Assembly (NCBI GenBank): GCA_964402285.1 | Contig: CAYOAZ010000092.1 | Location: 15,978-79,977 of the forward strand | Origin: an uncultured Anaerolineae bacterium | Lineage (GTDB): Bacteria; Chloroflexota; Anaerolineae; JAADDB01 | Direction of reading: 5' to 3' | Length of the DNA stretch: 64,000 nt | Shown: in pieces, positions 46,124 to 55,123 of the stretch | How positions within the stretch are numbered: the first letter of the stretch is position 1 | Layout: each line of letters begins with the position of its first letter | The notes under the pieces: generated by a model | Seen by the model: the letters and a program-made list of their open reading frames with translations, nothing else | What the model was told of the DNA's origin: nothing | Databases searched by the model: none | Translations under genes and position numbers: made by a program

Positions 46124-46162
46124 TTGTGGCATGTGCATTCCCCTGGGGAGTGCACATGCCAC
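46124..46162 (-). terminator. long near-perfect palindrome (TGTGGCATGTGCA-...-TGCACATGCCACA) 20 nt downstream of the tnaA stop
   Basis: 13-bp arms plus inner CCCC/GGGG pairing, seen directly. Sits in the 250-bp tnaA-pfkB intergenic region. Confidence 0.45.
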
Positions 46163-46181
46163 AGTCGCGGCGGTCCAGAGG

Positions 46182-47552
46182 TTACAGTTCTTCGTAGCGG
46201 GCCAGGAAGTGTCGTAGTGCGGGAGGTTCTTCCACAATACGGACGGGCCGAATGAGATCGGGATGGCGGTGGATGTGAATGATGGTGTCCGCTACGTAGT
46301 CCAAGTGGGCCTGGGTGTACACTCGGCGTGGAATGGCCAGGCGCACCAATTCCAGGCGGGGGAATTCCCAAGTGTCTGTCACCGGGTCGTGGCGTCCAAA
46401 GGCAACTGTGCCCAATTCCACAGCCCGGATGCCCCCCTCTCGGTACAGGGCAATGGTGAATGCCTGTCCGGGCAGGTGTTCCCGAGGCCAGCCCGGTAGG
46501 AAGCGAAGCATGTCCAGGTATACGGCGTGTCCCCCAGGGGGTTCTAATACGGGCACTTGGGCTTCTCGCAGGCGTTCTGCCAGGTAACGCACTTGGCCCA
46601 CGCGGTAGCGCAGGTATGGTTCTTCCACTGCCTCCAGCAATCCTCGCGCCAGTGCTTCCATGTCCCGTCCTGCCAGTCCTCCATATGTGGGGAATCCTTC
46701 GGTTCGTACCATGTTTTGTTGGATTTTGGCAAAGAGATCTTCATCCCGGACGGCCAATAATCCGCCGATGTTGACCAGGCCATCCTTTTTGGCGCTCATG
46801 AGCATACCATCCGCGAGGGCGAATGTTTCCTTTACAATGTCGCGGATGGACATGTCCGGGGCTTCCCGTTCCTTAATGAAGTAAGCGTTTTCCGCGTGCC
46901 GCGCTGCGTCCAGGTACAAGGGGACATGGTATTTGTCGCACAGGGCTCTCACTTGGCGAAGGTTTTCCAGGGAGACGGGTTGGCCACCTCCGGTGTTATT
47001 GGTGATGGTGATGAGGACGAATTTGGGCTTAGGGTTTCCTTGCAGTGCGCGTTCCAGTCGTTGCAGGTCCACATTGCCTTTAAAGGGGTGTGGCGACGTG
47101 GTGTCGAATGCTTCTTCGATGACCAATTCCAGGGGAGTGGCTCCGCGGGCCAGGATGTTGGCGTATGTGGTGTCAAAGGGTTGGTTGGTTGCTACTACGT
47201 CACCTGGTTCCAGGAGGATTTCGAACAATATGCGTTCGGCTGCACGTCCCTGGTGGACGGGGGTAAAGTAGGGAAAGCCAAAGAGTTCCCGCTGGACTTC
47301 GGCCAGGCGCTGATAACTTCGGGCTCCCGCGTATGCTTCATCTCCTCGGTGGATGGCTGCCCACTGTTCGTCGCTCATGGCCCCGGTGCCGCTGTCCGTT
47401 AGGAGGTCGATGGTGACGGCGCTGGAGGGTAGGTTGAAAAGGTTGAAGTGCGCTTCTTGCAGGTAGCGTTCCCGTTCGGCACGGGTGGTGATGGGGATGG
47501 ATTCAACTGCCTTGATTTTGAAGGGCTCGAACACGTATGACGCCATTGTCAT
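46182..47552 (-). CDS. tnaA: tryptophanase / tyrosine phenol-lyase family beta-eliminating PLP lyase
   Basis: YVFEPFKIKAVESIPITTRAERERYLQEAHFNLFNLPSSAVTIDLLTDSGTGAMSDEQWAA...GFPYFTPVHQGRAAERILFEI...SAKKDGLVNIGG (PLP-Lys region). Confidence 0.8.
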   Translation of the reverse strand: MTMASYVFEPFKIKAVESIPITTRAERERYLQEAHFNLFNLPSSAVTIDLLTDSGTGAMSDEQWAAIHRGDEAYAGARSYQRLAEVQRELFGFPYFTPVHQGRAAERILFEILLEPGDVVATNQPFDTTYANILARGATPLELVIEEAFDTTSPHPFKGNVDLQRLERALQGNPKPKFVLITITNNTGGGQPVSLENLRQVRALCDKYHVPLYLDAARHAENAYFIKEREAPDMSIRDIVKETFALADGMLMSAKKDGLVNIGGLLAVRDEDLFAKIQQNMVRTEGFPTYGGLAGRDMEALARGLLEAVEEPYLRYRVGQVRYLAERLREAQVPVLEPPGGHAVYLDMLRFLPGWPREHLPGQAFTIALYREGGIRAVELGTVAFGRHDPVTDTWEFPRLELVRLAIPRRVYTQAHLDYVADTIIHIHRHPDLIRPVRIVEEPPALRHFLARYEEL

Positions 47553-47662
47553 CCTCCTGCGTTAGAGTATCTGCGTGATTGGCCGCGTCTTGTTTGTTCC
47601 CGGGACGCGATAATCCGGTTGATCCGTCTTAGGTTGAAGGTATGCTGCGTGTCTGCGATGTG

Positions 47663-49597
47663 TCACTTTACCGAGAAGTTAGCAATGCCCAAGTTCTCAA
47701 AACGTCCTTGCCCCAGTGCTCGGTATAACACCACGGTGACGCTGTCGAATTTCAGGCGCGGGTCCGAAGGGATGGGGTAGTCATCACGCACAATTTCCTT
47801 GGGTTGCCACGAACTGGTTGGACGGTATCCGTGAGCCGGGTGTGCGTGATCGCTCTGGACCAGGCTTCCGTCCAGGTAGATGAATTGGCCGTTCCGCGTG
47901 GGACGTACGGAGACGGACCAATCCACATTTTGTTTGGACAGCGCCTGCCAGTATAAGGTGAGGCGGAGGGGTAAGGAGATGGGAATCTCCTTGGGGGGAG
48001 ATGTTAATTGGTATCCTACCAGTTTGACCTGGTTTCCAAAGTAGATGTCCAGTGGGGTGGCGTCTGCGGGCAGGGTGTATTGAGGTTTCAGATTTCCCAC
48101 TTCTAGCAGGTAGAGGCCCCCGGAACGCACTCCGACAATACGGCCGATGTGTTCGAAGAAGAAGGGCGCGGCCTGGGTGCTGACGTACAGGGGGCGGGAT
48201 TCATTTTCTAGCAAGGTGCGGGCTTCGTCCAGGTTGACCGCGCGCACATCGCTGCGGTATCCCCAGATGATGGTGATGTAGTCCAGTGCGAGTTTTTCTT
48301 CGACAACACCGAAGATGGCAGCATGCGGCGCGGGGTTGTCCGCCAGGAGTCGCCATCCCGGGTTTAGACCGGTGTCTGTGGGTTTGTTGCTTTGGTCTGC
48401 CCGCGGGTAGTTCACTATGAATCGGTTGATGAGCAGGAGTACCAGGATTAAAACGAGGACTCCCCGCAATGCCTGACGGATGGAGGAGGGGTACCGGCCA
48501 GCCCAATCCCATACCCGTTGGAATACCAGGGCAAGACCAATGAAGATGAGGGGATAGGCGGGCATAATGACTTGATACCAGTTTCCCAGCCGGTCAATGT
48601 AACAGAAGAGGAAGTAGAGCACCAGGGTGGCATAGAACAGGATGCTCCGACGTTTTCCCAGGAGGGCTATGCCGCCCAGACCCAGGATGAGGACCGGCCA
48701 GGTTAATTCTTTCCATATAAGCGAGGGGAACAGGTCGGTGAACGGTCCTATGGTCCAGGTCATCTCTGCTCGCCCTTGGGGGGTGCTGAGGAAGTACAAG
48801 AACCAGGCCCATGTGCTGGACCAGGATCCTTCCCCTCGCCATTCGGGGTGTTGGGCGCCCCGTACGTAGACGTATATGTACGCCAGAAGGGGCAACGCGC
48901 CGAGCACGATGGCTTTGCCCAGGAGTCGTTTGCGTTTCCAGAAGTCGGGTTGGGTGCGCCAGACAAACCAGAGCGCGGGCGGTCCAATGAGGAGGACGGT
49001 CACCATGTGCGCTAGTCCTAAACCAAGTAGAAAAGCGAGCAGGAGAAAAAGTCGGTCTGCTCGATCTTCTTGCCCCTGTTTGACGGCTTCTTCCCAGCGG
49101 AAGAGTACCAGGATGATGGCAAGGGTGTGGGCGACCGCGGATGTGTACTGTTCGGTGGTTACCGCGTAATACCAGAAAAAGTATGTGACTCCATAGGTCA
49201 GGGTGATGAGCGCGCTGATGTACGGGTTCTTTTTGGTCACTGTGATGAGGAGGGTGTAGAGAAGGGCCAGGGCGATGATGGCCCAGAAGGTGGAGTAACT
49301 GGAGAGTATTTGAATGGGATTCGCTATGTTTTTCAGCAAGGGGGTTAAGACGTGAAACCAGATCCATCCCCCCATTGTGTACAGGGGGTAGCCCGGGGCG
49401 TTGCTAAAGCGGCCCTGTACCTGAGCATACTGGTGAGTGATGAGGTCTCCCCCTTCCAGTTCGTAGGCTGCAATGCCGTTGTCCAGCGTCCACACGTAGA
49501 GGAGTAAGGCTAGGATAAGGACGGCAATCCCAACGCGCCAGATGCGAGTGTCGGAACGTGGGTTGGCCGGTGCTGTTGTTTGACTATTGGTCATCAT
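47663..49597 (-). CDS. large polytopic membrane protein, possible GT-C-fold (PMT/ArnT/DUF2723-like) glycosyltransferase with C-terminal extracytoplasmic domain
   Basis: About 12 N-terminal TM helices with an acidic first loop (YELEGGDLITHQY), then a ~250-aa soluble C-terminal domain. Family assignment is tentative. Confidence 0.4.
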   Translation of the reverse strand: MMTNSQTTAPANPRSDTRIWRVGIAVLILALLLYVWTLDNGIAAYELEGGDLITHQYAQVQGRFSNAPGYPLYTMGGWIWFHVLTPLLKNIANPIQILSSYSTFWAIIALALLYTLLITVTKKNPYISALITLTYGVTYFFWYYAVTTEQYTSAVAHTLAIILVLFRWEEAVKQGQEDRADRLFLLLAFLLGLGLAHMVTVLLIGPPALWFVWRTQPDFWKRKRLLGKAIVLGALPLLAYIYVYVRGAQHPEWRGEGSWSSTWAWFLYFLSTPQGRAEMTWTIGPFTDLFPSLIWKELTWPVLILGLGGIALLGKRRSILFYATLVLYFLFCYIDRLGNWYQVIMPAYPLIFIGLALVFQRVWDWAGRYPSSIRQALRGVLVLILVLLLINRFIVNYPRADQSNKPTDTGLNPGWRLLADNPAPHAAIFGVVEEKLALDYITIIWGYRSDVRAVNLDEARTLLENESRPLYVSTQAAPFFFEHIGRIVGVRSGGLYLLEVGNLKPQYTLPADATPLDIYFGNQVKLVGYQLTSPPKEIPISLPLRLTLYWQALSKQNVDWSVSVRPTRNGQFIYLDGSLVQSDHAHPAHGYRPTSSWQPKEIVRDDYPIPSDPRLKFDSVTVVLYRALGQGRFENLGIANFSVK

Positions 49598-49659
49598 CAG
49601 TGTGTTATCTCTCCTCTCCTTGCCGTCGGGTGTTCACCATAATGTGGGGGATGGGCAGT

Positions 49660-51189
49660 TTAAGGTGGGGTGAGGTTTTCCGGCAAGGTGAAGTCAGAGC
49701 CTATGAAGAGTTCCATGTCTACATTGCTTAGCAGGTTGGTGCTGTAGCGTACGTTTTCCGGACGAATGCGGAAGAGTTGCATCAGTGCTTCTCGGGTTTG
49801 TGGTCTATCTGTGTGAACGACTAACACGGAATGAGGGTAAAGGTGTTCGGCCACGTCGCCAAATTGGACCACGTGGAAGCCCTGGGCTTCCAACCATTCG
49901 CTGACCTGGGCTGCCAACCCTGGGCGGCCCGAGCCGTTGAGGACAACGATGGTGGCATTTTCCACTTTCAGAATCGGACTGCTTTGTGTTGCTGTTGGCT
50001 GCGGGGACGGAGTTGTTGGCGGCCGGGAAGTGGCCTCGGCAATGGCTTTTTGCAAGGTGTGTGCGTCCTGTTTTTCTGGGGCAAACAATCGGTCGAATAG
50101 CGGCCGCAGTTTCTCTCGGTCGGGCACCAGTATCCAGGCTCCAGTGGTGGTGTATGTCTCTTCCCCGTAGCGGTTGTCGATGACTTCCCGCTGGATGTCT
50201 TCTGGTTGAATTTTCTGGGCCAGACGAGCAAGGGCTATAAGTCGGTCCAGAGGAATGTCGGTTTCGACGGATCCGGAAAGGTTGTGCAGGATCTCCGGGA
50301 TGTGAGCGATTAATGTGGGGAGCATGTTGGCTTGCAGGATCTTATCCCGGACGGCCATGATGACTTGCTGTTGTCTACGGGCCCGTCCGTAATCACTGTC
50401 CACGTGGCGGGTGCGGGCGTACTTTAACGCGAGGTCACCATCCATGTGTTGGCAACCTGCCTCAATGTGCAGGGTTTCGTATCCGTAGTCCTCTGTGGGG
50501 AATTTTTCATCGTGAATGGTCTTGGGCACGCAAACTTCAATGCCCCCTATCAGGTCAATGAGTTTGCGGAAGCCGTTGAAGTCCACCATGGCGTAGTAGT
50601 GGATAGGGTAACCGATGAGGTCACTGACGGTTTTCTTGACCAGCGCTGGCCCTCCCCCCGGGTATTTACGCAGTTCTCCAATGGCATAGGCCATGTTGAT
50701 TTTAGCGTTTATGTTGTATCCCGGTATGGGAACCCATAGGTCTCGCGGGATGGAGAGCATGCTCGTTTGTCCGGTCTTCTGGTCAATGGAGACTACGATG
50801 ATGGTGTCTGTGCGTGGTGGACCTTGTTCGTCCGGACGTTTATCCACACCAAGGAGCAGGATGTTTAACCGTTCCTGTCGATTGGGCGCGGGAGGGGTAA
50901 AGCGCGGCACGCTCCCCGGCTGGGGGGTGGGCAATGGGTTCTGGGCCGGTGCGGGTTGCGCGTTGCTTTGGGATTGGTCAGAGTGTTGGAAGAGTGTGTC
51001 CAGGCGGGGTACGTGAATGGGTATGGAAACCAACCCCAGTTCCTGGACGGCATCCCGAGTAATGTGGTACAGGTACACACTTGCATATAAGGTGATGCCC
51101 AGGAACATGAGCAACAAGAAGGAGAGGAACAATGTTGCCCACGGTGCCCCCTGGGCTTTGTATTTCGAAATGTGTTCGTTTCTGTTCAT
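49660..51189 (-). CDS. LytR-CpsA-Psr (LCP) family cell-envelope polymer transferase with LytR_C-like C-terminal domain
   Basis: N-terminal TM; Pro-rich linker; NILLLGVDKRPDEQGPPRTDTIIVVSIDQKTGQTSMLSIPRDLWVPIPGY...YYAMVDFNGFRKLIDLIGGIEV. Confidence 0.85.
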   Translation of the reverse strand: MNRNEHISKYKAQGAPWATLFLSFLLLMFLGITLYASVYLYHITRDAVQELGLVSIPIHVPRLDTLFQHSDQSQSNAQPAPAQNPLPTPQPGSVPRFTPPAPNRQERLNILLLGVDKRPDEQGPPRTDTIIVVSIDQKTGQTSMLSIPRDLWVPIPGYNINAKINMAYAIGELRKYPGGGPALVKKTVSDLIGYPIHYYAMVDFNGFRKLIDLIGGIEVCVPKTIHDEKFPTEDYGYETLHIEAGCQHMDGDLALKYARTRHVDSDYGRARRQQQVIMAVRDKILQANMLPTLIAHIPEILHNLSGSVETDIPLDRLIALARLAQKIQPEDIQREVIDNRYGEETYTTTGAWILVPDREKLRPLFDRLFAPEKQDAHTLQKAIAEATSRPPTTPSPQPTATQSSPILKVENATIVVLNGSGRPGLAAQVSEWLEAQGFHVVQFGDVAEHLYPHSVLVVHTDRPQTREALMQLFRIRPENVRYSTNLLSNVDMELFIGSDFTLPENLTPP

Positions 51190-51304
51190 GGTGTTATCCT
51201 ACAACGTCCTAGCGCCGACCTTTTAATCCCCAAGGTGTTTTTTTCTTTTCGAAACCGGGTGAGATTGTTTGCTGTGTTTGGTTTTACTCACAGGCCGGCT
51301 CATT

Positions 51305-53416
51305 CTACCGGATAGGCAGGGGAGCCCGCCAAAGTCCTGACGTTGTCAGGATGTATATGGTTTTCTCATCCTGGGTCACAAAGACATCGCGTACGTTGCC
51401 GAAGTCAACAGTGTATCCTTCCCCAGGTACTAATTGGGCGACGAATTTTCCGTCTTTGTCCAGTACTACGATACGTTTGTTCCCGGCGTCTGCGATGTAT
51501 AGGTGGTGTAATTCGTCGGTTGTGTAGATGGCTGTGGGGGTCGAGAATGTGGTTTCCACATCGAACCCCTCCTGTTCCCCCTGGTAATAACGGAGGAGCC
51601 GTCCATCCGGGAATAAGAGGTAGACATGGCCATCAATGGCAAAATCTTGCACGCCGCTGATTTGTGTTGGTGTGGAGAAGTAATCTTCCCCACCCGCGGT
51701 GTATCCTTCCCCTGTGGGGAGGAAACGGTAGATTTTCCCCGCTTGTGCGTCGAGGATGTACAGGCGCTCCCCGTACACCAACATGCGTTGGGGACTTAAC
51801 CACGGTTCCGGCCGTACGAAGGGCAAGGTTTGTGGTCCGTGCATGGGATCGTATGTGAAGAGGATGCCCGCACCGTCGAGGACAATGAGGCTGCTCATCT
51901 GGACCACCATGCCTGCAGGGAGCCAACTCATGTCCACCAGATCCCCTACACTTTTACCGTTGATCAGTTCCCCGCGGGAAAATAGCCGTTGTTCTCCCCC
52001 GATGGTGCCCTCTCCTGTTTCGTTCAGTGTGTATCGGTACACTACGTCGTCGGCTCGGTCGAGGACGTAGACTTCGTTGTCCTGGGCAATCACTCGTGTG
52101 GGATCCCGTCCCGACCAGGTGGCCAGTGACCACATGACGCTCAGGGGCTTGATTTGTTCCACATCCATGCGGATGTCTTGCAATTGCAACCGTAATCGCT
52201 CGATTTCCGGCGCGTTGGGGTGTATTAACTCGGCCTGGTGCAAGGCCTGTTCTGCTCGACGCAAGTACATGCGGGCGTCTTCCCTGTTCACGGCGTCTGC
52301 AGCTTGAGCAATCGCTTCGCGAGCGTCGGCGAGCGCGGTCTCATACATTTGTTCTTGTTCCCGGGCATGGTGCCACCACGTGTAAGATGTGGCGCCCAGG
52401 ATCAGCAGGGGAATGAGAATGACAATGAGCCACAGGCCACGCGACCAACGGCGGGCGCGTTTTTCCTCCACTTCCTTTTTGCGGAACGGTCGGAGTTTCG
52501 GGCGTTTAATGGAGGGAGGCGTGGGAATGGTCGGTGGTGGCTCTTGTTCTTCTTCCCGTTGTCCGGGCAACAGTCGTTCCATAAAGGATTTTACCTGCTG
52601 GATGAGGGGCGCTTTCTCTTCTTCCGTGAGGATTTCTTCTTCCTCCTCTTCCTCTTCTTCAGGTGAGGGGGTTGGTTCTTCCCACGGAAGGCGGTCTTCT
52701 TCATAGGAAGTGGGCGTTGGTTCCTCCTCGCTTTCCACTTCGATAATTTTCAGCGCGAGGGCGGAAACATTGGGAACCTCCACGGCCGCGGCCAGTTCTT
52801 CCAACACTTCCTTGGGGGAAGAGCGCTCAATCGCGCGTCGGAACAGGTTGCCATCCATTTGTCCCAGCCACCCGGAATCCAGCATCAGGATCATGGTGTC
52901 CGGGATAATGGTGATGTGCGATGTCTTGGGGCGGACGTGGTGAGGTATTCCGATGGGTTTTACGTCTTCCTCCGCATCCTGTAAGGGGGAGAACCATTTG
53001 AGCCCGGTGGGTAGGAGCACCGCGACTGTGGTCGCTCCTACCTGGACTAGGTATACGTCGTTCTCGTAGAGGACCATGCAGGTAACATGGCATGTGTATG
53101 GCTCACTGCCATCGGGCAATGTGTCGTTGATGTTTAGCAGTTCGTGGTGCGCTGTACGGATGGCGTGAACCAGGGCTAAGGGAATGGGACCTTCGGCGGA
53201 CGCGTAGTAGGTGCTCTGGATGGTGTTCATAATTTGCCGAAGGTAGCGACGTCGGCGCTGTTTGGGGCCTTGCATGTCAATGAGCATGACGAGAGAGCCC
53301 CGGTCAATGTAGGGGGTATCTGGTGCCGGTTCAACGAAACGGACGTTATACCCGCGCTTTTCCCGCGCTCCGTCTACGATGGAAAGTTCGGCGATTTGAA
53401 TGCGTAACGGTGTCAT
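51305..53416 (-). CDS. PP2C-like domain (catalytic motifs degenerate) - poly-Glu linker - TM helix - C-terminal beta-propeller (NHL/YVTN-like) protein
   Basis: N-terminal PP2C-like blocks ...LVMLIDMQGPKQ..., ...TCMVLYENDVYLVQVGATTVAVL..., ...LMLDSGWL.... Linker PEEEEEEEEEILTEE. TM LWLIVILIPLLILGATSYTWW. Repeated Y/F-x-x-D blades in the C-terminal 300 aa. Confidence 0.55.
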   Translation of the reverse strand: MTPLRIQIAELSIVDGAREKRGYNVRFVEPAPDTPYIDRGSLVMLIDMQGPKQRRRRYLRQIMNTIQSTYYASAEGPIPLALVHAIRTAHHELLNINDTLPDGSEPYTCHVTCMVLYENDVYLVQVGATTVAVLLPTGLKWFSPLQDAEEDVKPIGIPHHVRPKTSHITIIPDTMILMLDSGWLGQMDGNLFRRAIERSSPKEVLEELAAAVEVPNVSALALKIIEVESEEEPTPTSYEEDRLPWEEPTPSPEEEEEEEEEILTEEEKAPLIQQVKSFMERLLPGQREEEQEPPPTIPTPPSIKRPKLRPFRKKEVEEKRARRWSRGLWLIVILIPLLILGATSYTWWHHAREQEQMYETALADAREAIAQAADAVNREDARMYLRRAEQALHQAELIHPNAPEIERLRLQLQDIRMDVEQIKPLSVMWSLATWSGRDPTRVIAQDNEVYVLDRADDVVYRYTLNETGEGTIGGEQRLFSRGELINGKSVGDLVDMSWLPAGMVVQMSSLIVLDGAGILFTYDPMHGPQTLPFVRPEPWLSPQRMLVYGERLYILDAQAGKIYRFLPTGEGYTAGGEDYFSTPTQISGVQDFAIDGHVYLLFPDGRLLRYYQGEQEGFDVETTFSTPTAIYTTDELHHLYIADAGNKRIVVLDKDGKFVAQLVPGEGYTVDFGNVRDVFVTQDEKTIYILTTSGLWRAPLPIR

Positions 53417-53423
53417 AGGTTCC

Positions 53424-54653
53424 TCACTCCTCCGCCGTGAGTAACTGTTGTGCGTGGCGGATTAATACACGGGCACGTTTTGGATCTGTGTTGATGGATT
53501 TTAGATATTGTTCCAATAAGTCCAGGGGGCTGAGGCTCTCTACACCTCGGGGGGTGTTTAAACGCAGGCGCAAAGGACGTTCAACATCTCGGTATAACGC
53601 GGCAATGTGAAAGGCCTCTGCCAGGGCATTTCGAATGCGGCGGTCATCCAGGTGGATCTCGCCTATGGCATCTGTGTGAATGAACAGCCGAACTACTGCG
53701 TCGGTAATGTCTTGTCGGTGAATGGCTTCCAGGACCGTTTCTGTGGACTGCTCTCCGGGCGCGTTTACGTGAATGGTTACAAAGGGGCGGGTCTTCAATT
53801 TGTGAAAGTGCCAGTCCGCGCGCCAGTGTCCACCTCGTTGCTGGTGTAAGGTCAAATCTATGAACCCCTTGTCCTCTTTCTCCTCCCCAAAGTCGATGCG
53901 TTCCACACTGCCGCTGTATACTGCTGGCGGGTCGGAGATGACCGTCTGGTGTTTGTGGATGTGCCCCAGGGCTGTGTAGGTGATTTTGGGATGACGGAAT
54001 AAATGCGGGGGCAGGACAAGGTCCTGGCCGAGCATAACGCTCCGCTCTGACCCGTAGGTGGCTCCCTGAATGGTTGCGTGGGCGGTTACGATGAGGGGCA
54101 GGGTCTCATCTGCCTGGTCTAAGAGATCCGCGATTAAACTGTGAAGGCGTTCGAGCATAAGCATTTGAATTTCTGGCCAGGATTTCCCGCGCATTTCCTC
54201 CCGTCGCAGTATGGCGGAACGGGTCATCCAGGGAATGGAGAGGACTTGTACATCCCCGTGCTTGGTGGGGATGCGGACAAGTTGAGGGCGACGGGATACG
54301 TATACGTTGGGGATGGCCAGGGTTTCGTAGATTTCAAGGGTGTGCGCTCTACCCACAGCATTGGGAAGGTCGTGGTTACCGACCAGAAGAAACACGGGCA
54401 TGTGTTGCGCTAATTTCCGGATACGTTGAGCAAATTCGCGTTCGTGGGTGGGGGAAGGTGTTCGATTTTTGAACGCATCCCCTGCGAAGAGGACGAAGTC
54501 CACATCCGTTTGCAGAGCGTGTTCCACCAGGGCATCGAATGCGTGCAAGAAGTCCATAAGTCGGGTCGAAAGCCCGGTGGTGGGATCTAACCGACCGTAA
54601 TTCTCGATGCCCAGGTGTAGGTCTGCGAAGTGCAGGACGCGAATTTGACTCAT
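53424..54653 (-). CDS. sbcD: SbcD/Mre11-family calcineurin-like nuclease
   Basis: IRVLHFADLHLG...VDFVLFAGDAFKN...VFLLVGNHD...GHIHKHQ (phosphoesterase motifs I-V). 409 aa. Confidence 0.75.
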   Translation of the reverse strand: MSQIRVLHFADLHLGIENYGRLDPTTGLSTRLMDFLHAFDALVEHALQTDVDFVLFAGDAFKNRTPSPTHEREFAQRIRKLAQHMPVFLLVGNHDLPNAVGRAHTLEIYETLAIPNVYVSRRPQLVRIPTKHGDVQVLSIPWMTRSAILRREEMRGKSWPEIQMLMLERLHSLIADLLDQADETLPLIVTAHATIQGATYGSERSVMLGQDLVLPPHLFRHPKITYTALGHIHKHQTVISDPPAVYSGSVERIDFGEEKEDKGFIDLTLHQQRGGHWRADWHFHKLKTRPFVTIHVNAPGEQSTETVLEAIHRQDITDAVVRLFIHTDAIGEIHLDDRRIRNALAEAFHIAALYRDVERPLRLRLNTPRGVESLSPLDLLEQYLKSINTDPKRARVLIRHAQQLLTAEE

Positions 54654-54790
54654 GGTGCCTCACCGTGGTTGTGGTGTTTCGATTGTACGCTAGATGATTA
54701 TTTCTGTCAATCAACCCTAAGAAGGGGAAGACGGGCTGCTCTTTGCCCTGAGAGAAGGTCGTTAACCGCCCCCCTTGGTGTGCTGAACGC

Positions 54791-55123
54791 TTATCGGTGC
54801 CACCCGCCAATTACGTGCAGGTGCAGGTGGTAAATTTCCTGGCCTCCCTCTGGCCCTGTGTTGATGATGGTCCGAAATCCCCGTTCTAGGATGCCGTGTT
54901 CTTCGGCGATGCGTTTGGCCACGTAAAGCATGTGGCCGAGAAGAGGCTCATCGTCGGGGGTGACGTGCGCCAGACTGGGAATGTGACGTCGGGGGACAAC
55001 AAGCACGTGGATAGGGGCTTTGGGGTGAATGTCGTTGAACGCGATCACGTATTCGTCCTCGTAAACAATCGTGGCAGGTGCTTTACCTTGAACGATCTGG
55101 CAGAAGATGCAACCGGTGCTCAT
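54791..55123 (-). CDS. HIT-family (histidine triad) nucleotide hydrolase
   Basis: CIFCQIV...APIHVLVVPRRHI...YHLHLHVIGG (HxHxHxx motif). Confidence 0.9.
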   Translation of the reverse strand: MSTGCIFCQIVQGKAPATIVYEDEYVIAFNDIHPKAPIHVLVVPRRHIPSLAHVTPDDEPLLGHMLYVAKRIAEEHGILERGFRTIINTGPEGGQEIYHLHLHVIGGWHR

